DNA of 64,000 bases from an uncultured Bacteroidota bacterium. GTDB taxonomy: Bacteria; Bacteroidota; Bacteroidia; 2-12-FULL-35-15. Positions 18,793 through 27,241 of the stretch are shown one piece after another. Location of the stretch: assembly GCA_903847205.1 (NCBI GenBank), contig CAINDA010000065.1, positions 1,267 through 65,266 of the forward strand, given 5' to 3'. Each line of letters begins with the position of its first letter. Position 1 is the first letter of the stretch. The translations under genes and the position numbers were made by a program. Under the pieces are notes generated by a model that was not told the origin of the DNA, did no database searches, and saw nothing but the letters and a program-made list of their open reading frames with translations.

Positions 18793-21003
18793 TTGGAAAC
18801 CTTACTCGAAAAAGCAAAAACAAATTATTGTGTTCAATGTATTTTGAACAGCTACAGCCTGATGTTTTTTTCATTGAATAATGTTTTTGCGGCTATTATT
18901 TTAATAGTTACATTTTTTTCTCCTTTCGTTGGATTGTGCGGATTTACTGCAATAGTTTTAATAAATCTATTGGCATTCATTATCGGCTTCAACAGGGATG
19001 AAATATTAAAGGGGATTTTCGGATTCAATGCACTATTCCTGGGTTTGGCTTTGGGGTATGAATTTTCTTTCAGCACAGCCTTTGTAATTTTATTTATAAC
19101 TGCGGTTTTAATTCTGCTTTTGATTACCGTATGGCTGAAAGGATTGTTATCCATCTATAATTTACCATTTTTATCATTTCCCTTTATAATCGCATACTGG
19201 ATTATTTCATTGGCATCATCTAACCTTACAAGCGTTCATCTTGATGAAAATCATTTTTACACCGTTAATGAATTAGCACGCAATCAGGCTTCTTTATTTT
19301 ATCAATTTGTTCATGCGGCCGATAGCATAAATATTTTTCCTTTGGCGCTTATCTATTTCAAAACACTTGCCGGAACTTTTTTTCAAACGAGTGTTTTAGG
19401 CGGAATGTTAATTGCTTTAGGTTTAATTTATTTTTCGCGGATTGCTTTTTCGCTGAGCCTTATCGGCTTTTCCTCTGCCTATTTTTTTTATTCGCTGTTT
19501 GGGGCTGATGTAAATGATTTAAACTATTATTTACTCGGTTCTAATTTCATTTTTCTTGCAATAGCAGTAGGCTGTTTTTTTATAATTCCCAATACATACA
19601 GTTACCTCACTGTTATTATACTAACGCCTGTATTAATGCTGGTACTGCTCTCTTTTGGCAAAATACTTTCGGTGTTTCAGCTGAAGGCTTATTCGTTTTC
19701 ATTTAGTGTTGTATGCTGCGCTTTTCTCTTTTCGCTTAACCAGCGCTGGTTTCAAAAGTATTTGCAGGTTGTTACAATTCAGTATTTTTCAGCTGAAAAA
19801 ACTATTTATAAATTCCTTAACTCAATACAGCGTTTCAAAAACGAACATCTTTATAAAATAGCTCTTCCATTTTATGGTGAATGGAATGTAAGCCAGGGTT
19901 ATAACGGCAAGGTGACACATCTGGGCGACTGGAGCAAAGCTTTAGATTTTGTAATTGTCGATTCAAAATCCAACACATATCGCGACCCTGCAAGCTATAA
20001 TGAAAGTTTTTCTCGCGAAAATTTTTACTGTTATAATAAAGAAATTCTTGCACCTTACGACGGTTATGTATATGACATTATAAATACCGTTGAAGAAAAT
20101 GATGTTGGCGATGTGAATACGGATCACAACTGGGGAAATACGGTTATTCTGAATCATCTTAACGGATTATTTTCTCAGATAAGCCATATTAAAAAAGATT
20201 CGTTTTATGTTTTTATAGGTCAGTATATAACTAAAGGAACTTATATAGGGGCTTGCGGAAACTCCGGCCGTTCTCCGGAACCGCATATTCATTTTCAATT
20301 GCAGACTATTCCAAAGGTTGGTGCAAAAACAATAGAATACCCGATTTCTTATTTTATTGAACGTGATGGAAAAGAAAAAGTGTTGAAAATTTCGGAGGTT
20401 CCAAAAGAAGGTTCTTTCATCAGTAATGTTCAGGTAAATGAATTATTAATTCTAGGTTTTTCATTTCTGCCCGGGCAGAAAATTACTTTTCAAAAAGAAA
20501 ACACTTCCATTAATATCAATTGGGAAGTTTTTACTGACGCTTGGAACAGGACTTATATTTACTGTGCTGAAAGTAAGTCATACGCCTACTTTATCAATGA
20601 CGGCATAATGTTATATTTTACTGATTTTGAAGGTGACCGTAAATCATTATTGTTTAATTTTTATCTTGCTGCATACCGTCAGCTGCTTGGCTATTATGAA
20701 AATATTAAAATAAAAGACAATGTTCCATTGATTCACTTCAACAGTATGCTGCCTCAGTTTTTTCAGGATTTTGCTGCCCCTTTTTACCTGTTTACAAAAG
20801 CTAATTATACGGCCTCATTCACTTATGCCGACAATATTTATGCTCCTCAGAAATTAATTATTAAAACTGAAATCGAAACTAAACTTATAAATTATACCTT
20901 TAAAAAAGTTAATTTTGAATTCGAATTAAAGGATAATAAAATACATCGGTTTACTATTCATAATAAGAATAAAACAGAAACGTATATTTACATTGCTCAG
21001 TAA
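18793..21003 (+). CDS. Fusion protein: N-terminal polytopic membrane domain (possibly urea-transporter-like) + C-terminal M23 metallopeptidase
   Basis: Residues ~1-330 form about ten TM helices. The C-terminal half carries M23 signatures 'HLGDWSKALDFV', 'GNTVILNH…SQISHI' and 'GNSGRSPEPHIHFQLQ' (the HxxxD and HxH motifs). Confidence 0.6.
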   Translation: METLLEKAKTNYCVQCILNSYSLMFFSLNNVFAAIILIVTFFSPFVGLCGFTAIVLINLLAFIIGFNRDEILKGIFGFNALFLGLALGYEFSFSTAFVILFITAVLILLLITVWLKGLLSIYNLPFLSFPFIIAYWIISLASSNLTSVHLDENHFYTVNELARNQASLFYQFVHAADSINIFPLALIYFKTLAGTFFQTSVLGGMLIALGLIYFSRIAFSLSLIGFSSAYFFYSLFGADVNDLNYYLLGSNFIFLAIAVGCFFIIPNTYSYLTVIILTPVLMLVLLSFGKILSVFQLKAYSFSFSVVCCAFLFSLNQRWFQKYLQVVTIQYFSAEKTIYKFLNSIQRFKNEHLYKIALPFYGEWNVSQGYNGKVTHLGDWSKALDFVIVDSKSNTYRDPASYNESFSRENFYCYNKEILAPYDGYVYDIINTVEENDVGDVNTDHNWGNTVILNHLNGLFSQISHIKKDSFYVFIGQYITKGTYIGACGNSGRSPEPHIHFQLQTIPKVGAKTIEYPISYFIERDGKEKVLKISEVPKEGSFISNVQVNELLILGFSFLPGQKITFQKENTSININWEVFTDAWNRTYIYCAESKSYAYFINDGIMLYFTDFEGDRKSLLFNFYLAAYRQLLGYYENIKIKDNVPLIHFNSMLPQFFQDFAAPFYLFTKANYTASFTYADNIYAPQKLIIKTEIETKLINYTFKKVNFEFELKDNKIHRFTIHNKNKTETYIYIAQ

Positions 21004-21051
21004 TTTTATACAATTATTTAAATAATAAATACAATTAATAAAATCTCTCAA

Positions 21052-21666
21052 ATGAAACTTTTAAAAAAATCAATCGCCGCTATCATTATCGTAACCTCCT
21101 TAAACGCGCACGGACAGGACAAAGCGCTGATGACTGCTTTCAGTCAATCTTACGACTACGAAGCAATTCAAAAATACGATGCGGGGCTGGCGGCTCTCAA
21201 TGCAGTTTATAATGCATCATCTTATGAAATAAATGTAAGGATGGGCTGGTTAAATTATCTTGCCGGAAAATATAAAGAATCAGTAACATATTATCAAAAA
21301 GCAATTGCCTTAATGCCTGCAGCCACTGAGCCTTTGTGGGCAATTGTTAACCCGCTTACTAAATTAGATAACTGGAAAGAAATAGAAAAGACGTATCTGG
21401 CAATTTTGAAATTAGACCCCAAAAATGCTTCCGCAAATTACAGTCTTGCGTCAATTTATTATTACCGCAAAGATTATTTGAATGCAAAAAAATATTTTGA
21501 TATTTCTTTAAACCTATACCCCTTCGGTTATAACAATATGTTGATGAGTGCCTGGACCAATTATTTTCTTGGAAATAAGAATGAAGCAAAAACTTTATTC
21601 AACAAAACTCTCCTTTACAGCCCGAATGATAAATCTGCTTTAGAAGGCTTAAGTTTGATTAAATAA
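21052..21666 (+). CDS. Secreted TPR-repeat protein (paralog A)
   Basis: Signal peptide with TPR-like helical repeats. The C-terminus '…SDKSALEGLSLIK' is identical to that of the ORF at 23066-23686. Confidence 0.55.
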   Translation: MKLLKKSIAAIIIVTSLNAHGQDKALMTAFSQSYDYEAIQKYDAGLAALNAVYNASSYEINVRMGWLNYLAGKYKESVTYYQKAIALMPAATEPLWAIVNPLTKLDNWKEIEKTYLAILKLDPKNASANYSLASIYYYRKDYLNAKKYFDISLNLYPFGYNNMLMSAWTNYFLGNKNEAKTLFNKTLLYSPNDKSALEGLSLIK

Positions 21667-21755
21667 TAAATTTAATTCGAAATTAATTATTTGAAATTTT
21701 AAAAATCAAATGGGTATGTTTCAAATCCGCATATCACATTAGTATCAGGATACGT

Positions 21756-23078
21756 ATGTATAAAGCAATTATTTTTATTTTTTTTCTTTTTCGTATATCC
21801 GTGTGCACCGCTTCAGCTATCACGAATTCAGCAGCTGTAGAGCAAAAAATTACAGAACTTTATTTGAATAAGAGCTGGGCAGATCTTGTTAAATACGGTA
21901 ATCAGGCGATTCATGAGGGCTACGATTACTTTTATCTGCGCATGAGAATAGGTATTGCCTATTACTCCCAAAAGAAATATATGAAGGCTGTCGCTCATTT
22001 TGAGAAAGCAGTAAAATTTAATTCGGATGACAAAACTGCTCTTGAATATCTTTATTACAGCTATGTTTTTTCAGGCCGAAGCAGCGAAGCAAGAGCTTTA
22101 ACTTTGATGTTCTCATTGGAACTTAATGAAAGTATAAAGCCGGCCGAAAATAAATATATTCAGAGTGTCAACGTCGAAGGAGGCATCGCGCTCAGTAGCT
22201 TGAATGATAATTTTGCGAACATTGATATTGATGGATCAGCCAATATTTATGGAGAAGCGGTAATTACAAAAAATATGCAGTATCTGAATGCCGGGCTCAA
22301 TCATGAGTTAGGCAGGAGACTCTCGGTTTATCAGGCCTATAGCAATATCCAAATTAATTTAACCAAGGACATCAAAAGAAATAATAAGGATACTTCTGAT
22401 AATTATCTTCTCACCCAGCATGATTATTACGTAAGCCCCTCTATTCAATTCAAAGGGTTTTCTGTTTCTCCTGCCTTTCATTTAATCAATGTAAATTTTG
22501 GACAAATGAGTGCATCTTATGACAAACTGCACTACAAATATATTTTCACAAAAAAGGATACTTCATTTATAAATTATGCAGCATCATTTTCCATTGCAAA
22601 AAACATTGGAATTTATATTTATAATTTTACCGGCGGCTATTCGCAGCTAAATGGCTTAACCCAATTGCAGACGGGACTTTCTCTCACTTACTTCCCTCTA
22701 ACAAATCTTAATTTTTACGGTACATCATCGCTGGTTTATTTAAATGAAAATAGTACAAACCGTGTTATAGTATTACAGAAAGTCGGATTTAAAATACTAT
22801 CAAAGCTCTGGGCTGATGCAGGAATTACTTACGGGAACCTTCAAAACTATTGTGAAAACAATGCTTTTGTGGTTTACAATACCGGCGATAAAATTTTGTA
22901 CAAATGCGGATTTTCGGTTACATCGCCCTTGTTTAAACATTTTGAATTTTCCCTCCGTTACGATTTTTACAATAGGGAAAATACTTACTATACAGTGAAT
23001 GATAAATTAGCAACCGAATCACTTACTGTAAATTATAAAACGCATTCAATAATTGGAGGGATAAAATGGAAACTATAA
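21756..23078 (+). CDS. Hypothetical secreted protein, N-terminal TPR-like region + probable beta-barrel
   Basis: Signal peptide 'ISVCTASA'. An N-terminal TPR-like segment is followed by a Y/N/S/T-rich region with alternating hydrophobic residues, suggesting an outer-membrane beta-barrel. Confidence 0.45.
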   Translation: MYKAIIFIFFLFRISVCTASAITNSAAVEQKITELYLNKSWADLVKYGNQAIHEGYDYFYLRMRIGIAYYSQKKYMKAVAHFEKAVKFNSDDKTALEYLYYSYVFSGRSSEARALTLMFSLELNESIKPAENKYIQSVNVEGGIALSSLNDNFANIDIDGSANIYGEAVITKNMQYLNAGLNHELGRRLSVYQAYSNIQINLTKDIKRNNKDTSDNYLLTQHDYYVSPSIQFKGFSVSPAFHLINVNFGQMSASYDKLHYKYIFTKKDTSFINYAASFSIAKNIGIYIYNFTGGYSQLNGLTQLQTGLSLTYFPLTNLNFYGTSSLVYLNENSTNRVIVLQKVGFKILSKLWADAGITYGNLQNYCENNAFVVYNTGDKILYKCGFSVTSPLFKHFEFSLRYDFYNRENTYYTVNDKLATESLTVNYKTHSIIGGIKWKL

Positions 23079-23686
23079 AAAAAATGATGGCAGCTGCTTT
23101 AATCGCAGTTTCATCTTTGGTTCCTGTTTACGGGCAGAATGTTAAGGAGCAGGAGGCTTTTTACAACAGTTATACACTAGAATACAAGGGTGAATATCTG
23201 AAAGCGGCCGAAGCACTCAAAAAAGGATATGATGAAAAATCGTATGAAATAAATATACGGTCAGGCTGGGTTAACTATGAGGCTGCGCTATATACCGAAT
23301 CCCAAAAATTTTATCAAAAAGCAATTGACTTACAACCGAATTCTATTGAAGCAAAACTCGGTTACATTTATCCTGCTGCCGCTTTGGGAAATAAAAATCA
23401 GGTAACGGCCCAATACATCGATATTCTGAAAATAGATCCGCAGAATTCATCCGCAAATTATCAGCTTGGACTGATTTATTATTATAAAAAAGATAATAAA
23501 GCAGCATTCAAATATTTTGAAAAAGTTGTAAGTCTTTACCCTTTTGGTTATGATGCCCTTCTAATGTTCGCCTGGACAAATTTCCAGCTTGGCAGAACAA
23601 TTGAAGCAACTGATTTATTTAACAAAGTATTACTGCTTGCACCGTCCGATAAATCAGCACTTGAAGGCTTGAGTTTAATAAAATAA
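23066..23686 (+). CDS. Secreted TPR-repeat protein (paralog B)
   Basis: It aligns with the ORF at 21052-21666, sharing 'YEINIRSGWVNY', 'ILKIDPQNSSANYQLGLIYYYKKD', 'LYPFGY' and 'SDKSALEGLSLIK'. It overlaps the upstream ORF by 13 nt. Confidence 0.55.
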   Translation: METIKKMMAAALIAVSSLVPVYGQNVKEQEAFYNSYTLEYKGEYLKAAEALKKGYDEKSYEINIRSGWVNYEAALYTESQKFYQKAIDLQPNSIEAKLGYIYPAAALGNKNQVTAQYIDILKIDPQNSSANYQLGLIYYYKKDNKAAFKYFEKVVSLYPFGYDALLMFAWTNFQLGRTIEATDLFNKVLLLAPSDKSALEGLSLIK

Positions 23687-23720
23687 CAGTTTACATTACC
23701 GTTTTAAAATTATTGAAAAA

Positions 23721-24179
23721 ATGAAAAAGCCCAGCTTTGATGAAATTTATATGGAATTGGCAGAAAACCTTGCCATGCGCTCTCACTGTGTAAAAGCGCA
23801 GGTAGGAGCGGTGCTTACTAAAGATACGCGCATTATTTCATTAGGTTATAACGGCCCGCCGGCAGGTACACACAATTGCGATGAAGTATGGCCGGAAGTC
23901 GGCTGTCCGCGCGATAGTAAAGGCAGCTGTTCTCTCGCGCTTCATGCCGAACAAAATGCAATTTTGTATGCTGCAAAAAGTAATATCTCCATTGAAGGCT
24001 GTACCCTTTATGTAACGCTTTCTCCATGTATATCCTGCGCCAGAGTTATATTTACATTAGGAATTAAAAAAGTATATTATTTAAATTCTTACGCAGATTA
24101 TAAAAAACTTCCCTGCGATGAAGGTGTTGATTTTCTTGAGAAATTTGGTGTAGAAGTAGTACGGTATAATAAAAAATAA
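23721..24179 (+). CDS. Deoxycytidylate (dCMP) deaminase / CMP-dCMP deaminase zinc-binding protein
   Basis: Contains 'HAEQNAI' and 'SPCISCA', the H(A)E…PCxxC zinc-binding motifs. Its ~150-aa size is typical of ComEB-like dCMP deaminase. Confidence 0.75.
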   Translation: MKKPSFDEIYMELAENLAMRSHCVKAQVGAVLTKDTRIISLGYNGPPAGTHNCDEVWPEVGCPRDSKGSCSLALHAEQNAILYAAKSNISIEGCTLYVTLSPCISCARVIFTLGIKKVYYLNSYADYKKLPCDEGVDFLEKFGVEVVRYNKK

Positions 24180-24402
24180 TTTTATATTTTTTTCAGCGTC
24201 AATAAATCAGAAGGCCATTATTCGGCTGACCGTTTAATCAATTGGCACCTCGCTTCACGAAAACCATTCATGCCAGCCACGGAATTCTAATGGTTGTTTA
24301 GTCCCGCACCTGCAGGATAGAAATTCGGATATTGAATTTATTTCGGTATAATTCAATTATCTTTGTCTATTGTAAAAATTGCCAAATTGTAAAATTGCAA
24401 AT

Positions 24403-26004
24403 ATGAACCGTCCTAAGTTTTATGTTTATTTACCCATTGTAATTGCACTTGTTTTAATTCTTGGAATTTTTATCGGCACTACTTTTAATCTTAACAACAG
24501 CCAGGGAACTATTTCTGTTGATGCCGGTAACAAGTATAATAAAATAGAAGAAATATTGCGTTACGTACAGCAGGAATATGTTGATACAATTAGTCCGGAT
24601 AAGTTAGTTGAAAAAACTATTGTGTCCATGCTTCAAAACCTCGATCCTCACTCTACCTACATAACCGCTGAAGAATTGCAGGCCACCAACGAGCCTTTAA
24701 AAGGTAACTTTGAAGGTGTAGGTATTGAATTTAATATTGTAGAAGATACTATATGCATCATTGCTGCTATTCCCGGAGGCCCTGCAGAGGCTGTGGGAGT
24801 GCAGGCTGGAGATAAAATAATAAAAGTTGAAGATAAAAAAGTTGCTGGGGTTAAAATCACAAACAAAGGCGTGATGGAAAAACTCAAAGGAAAAGGGCGT
24901 ACTAAAGTTAAAGTAAGTATCCTCCGCAGAGGAAAAGCGCAATTGCTTGATTTCACAATAACACGCGGTATCATTCCTATTTACAGTATAGACGCATCTT
25001 ATATGGTAAATTCAAAAATCGGGTATATTAAAATAAGCCGTTTTGCTGCTACAACCTATGATGAGTATATGAATGCTTTTAACAAATTACGAAAACAAGG
25101 AATGGAACAGTTAGTAATCGATTTGCGGGGAAACGGCGGCGGATACTTAAACACAGCTGTTGATATTGCTGATGAATTTTTAAGTGATGGTAAAGAAATT
25201 GTTTATACCCAGGGAAAAGCCCGCCCGAGGAAAAGCTATAAAGCCAGCCGGAAAGGAAGTTTTGAAAATGGAAAATTAACTGTTTTAATAGATGACGGTT
25301 CGGCCTCAGCAAGCGAAATTTTAGCAGGTGCCATTCAGGATAATGATAGAGGAACTATTATAGGCAGGCGCTCATTCGGCAAAGGCCTGGTGCAGGAGCA
25401 GAGTGAATTTTCCGACGGCTCTGCAATGCGCTTAACCATTGCCCGCTACTACACGCCGACTGGCCGCTGCATCCAGAAGCCCTATACAGATGGCCTTGAT
25501 GCTTATTATGAAGAAGAGTATAAGCGGTACAAAAGCGGGGAGCTCGAAAATGCCGACAGCATGAAGGTTTCCTCATCTCTGAAGTTTAAAACTCCTGCCG
25601 GAAAAATTGTTTACGGCGGCGGGGGTATAAGTCCCGATGTTTTTGTTCCGCTTGATACAGCAGGCCGTACACATTTTTTAAGCGAGGTGGTTTACAGCGG
25701 TTTAGTTAATGAATTTGCGTTTGGCTATGCCGATAGAAATAGAAAAAAGTTAAAGGCATTCAAATCATTTGATGATTTTAATAAATCATTTACAATAACC
25801 CCGGAAATTTTTAATGACTTTGTCAGCATTGCACAAAAAAACAAGGCAGTTAAAAACGACAAACAAATTAAAATTTCAGAAGAAATAATAGAAACACAGT
25901 TGAAAGCGCTGATTGCACGCAATATTTGGAATAACGAAGGTTATTATCAAGTAATTCAAAGCCGCGACAATGTTCTTAGGAAAGCAGTTGAATCAATGAA
26001 GTAA
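24403..26004 (+). CDS. S41 family C-terminal processing peptidase (Ctp/Prc-like)
   Basis: TM/signal anchor 'YVYLPIVIALVLILGIFIG'. A PDZ segment 'GVQAGDKIIKV' is present. S41 motifs 'DLRGNGGGYL' and 'DDGSASASEILAGA…RSFGKG' are present. Confidence 0.85.
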   Translation: MNRPKFYVYLPIVIALVLILGIFIGTTFNLNNSQGTISVDAGNKYNKIEEILRYVQQEYVDTISPDKLVEKTIVSMLQNLDPHSTYITAEELQATNEPLKGNFEGVGIEFNIVEDTICIIAAIPGGPAEAVGVQAGDKIIKVEDKKVAGVKITNKGVMEKLKGKGRTKVKVSILRRGKAQLLDFTITRGIIPIYSIDASYMVNSKIGYIKISRFAATTYDEYMNAFNKLRKQGMEQLVIDLRGNGGGYLNTAVDIADEFLSDGKEIVYTQGKARPRKSYKASRKGSFENGKLTVLIDDGSASASEILAGAIQDNDRGTIIGRRSFGKGLVQEQSEFSDGSAMRLTIARYYTPTGRCIQKPYTDGLDAYYEEEYKRYKSGELENADSMKVSSSLKFKTPAGKIVYGGGGISPDVFVPLDTAGRTHFLSEVVYSGLVNEFAFGYADRNRKKLKAFKSFDDFNKSFTITPEIFNDFVSIAQKNKAVKNDKQIKISEEIIETQLKALIARNIWNNEGYYQVIQSRDNVLRKAVESMK

Positions 26005-26020
26005 AAAAACAAAAGAAAAA

Positions 26021-26054
26021 CCCCATTCTTAGATAAGAATGGGGTTTTTCTTTT
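26021..26054. terminator. Bidirectional Rho-independent terminator between convergent genes
   Basis: 'ccccattctt-agat-aagaatgggg' forms a perfect 10-bp stem, flanked by an A-run upstream and a T-run downstream. Confidence 0.8.
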
Positions 26055-26072
26055 GCCTTTGTTTCAATAAAA

Positions 26073-26300
26073 TTATTTTTTCTCTTCTGCTTTAGCTGGT
26101 TCAGCAGGTTTTGCAGTTTCTACAGCTGTTTTAGCAACTGAATCCAATGCAGTACTCATACTTTGACTTGCAGCCTTAAATATAGAATCCATTTTTGCTG
26201 TTTCTGCTGCTTTTCTTTTTGCCTCTTCTGCTGCATTTGGTCCGCATGCAGTAATACTCAACATAGTTACCGCGAATAATAAGGTCAATAGTCTTTTCAT
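26073..26300 (-). CDS. Small lipoprotein (Ala/Lys/Glu-rich)
   Basis: Starting at the internal Met gives 'MKRLLTLLFAVTMLSITAC', a lipobox. The mature region is low-complexity and A/K/E-rich. Confidence 0.45.
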   Translation of the reverse strand: MKRLLTLLFAVTMLSITACGPNAAEEAKRKAAETAKMDSIFKAASQSMSTALDSVAKTAVETAKPAEPAKAEEKK

Positions 26301-26751
26301 TTCGTTTGTTCGTTTTATTTGATTAATTAATTTTTGTATGTGATTGCAAAGGTAATAATAAATCAATAGCAGCATAATTCATTACTCGATTTATTACAAG
26401 ACAAATGAATCGAAACTAAATTTTGAAAATACACCTGTTTATTTGAAATCGGTTCGTTTAATTGGAATCCTTGTTTATGAAAGAGATATATATTAAATTG
26501 TTAATTTTATTTATCTAAAAATAAAAAAAATGGAGCGCATAAGTTTAGTTTCATTTAGAGTTTAAACCTGCAGCGGAACTTTATTTCTCAAAAATTAAAA
26601 ACGAAAATATTGATGCTGAAAAAGTATTTTCAAAAAGGGATTTTTTCTTTTTTGCAGTATGAATAAAAGCCCAAAAGCAGAACATGAACAAATATTAATA
26701 TTATTATTTCAAATTTTATTATATCTTCGCACAATACTAAATGCGGATACT

Positions 26752-27225
26752 ATGAATAAAAACTTACAACTTTTTATTTTACTTTTTGTCCTGTTTTTTT
26801 CTTCTCCTGCTAAAGTCAATGCCCAAAATAATTCTGATTGGCAGCCTATTTATTTAACACCTGGGGGAGGAAATATGGTTGACAGCGTTGAAGCTTTTTT
26901 TCAGGTAAATTCCTGTAATGGCGATGGCGTTGTTTTTATTAAATTTATTAATCATTCTTCCCACCTTGTGAAAATTGAATGGTATGATGGATTGTTCACA
27001 CAGGAACTTAAATGGATCAAGAAAGAACTTCCTGCCGATGAAAAATCATTAACTCTTCCTCCTAAAACAACTGCCGAAGGAGGATGCATTAATTCTGCTA
27101 ATGTTGCTGGCAATGCTGGAACTGTTTATCCGCAGCTCCTTGTCTCATTAAAAAATTTTTCTGTTGATAAAAATGAAATCAAACGATATTCGGCTTCCCG
27201 GATAAATATCATCGCCTCGCGTTAA
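26752..27225 (+). CDS. Small secreted protein, paralog 1 of a two-member family, located upstream of the first giant adhesin gene
   Basis: Starting at the internal Met gives the signal peptide 'MNKNLQLFILLFVLFFSSPAKVNAQ'. It aligns with the ORF at 32598-33062, sharing 'EAFFQ', 'FIKFINH', 'EWYD', 'FTQE.KWIKKE' and 'KRYSAS'. Confidence 0.55.
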   Translation: MNKNLQLFILLFVLFFSSPAKVNAQNNSDWQPIYLTPGGGNMVDSVEAFFQVNSCNGDGVVFIKFINHSSHLVKIEWYDGLFTQELKWIKKELPADEKSLTLPPKTTAEGGCINSANVAGNAGTVYPQLLVSLKNFSVDKNEIKRYSASRINIIASR

Positions 27226-27241
27226 TAAAAAAATATAGGAT

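Noticed and set aside
24180-24378. ~200-bp leader upstream of the S41 protease, considered as a possible riboswitch/ncRNA
   Set aside because: No recognisable riboswitch consensus or strong structure. It is probably an ordinary promoter/5'UTR.
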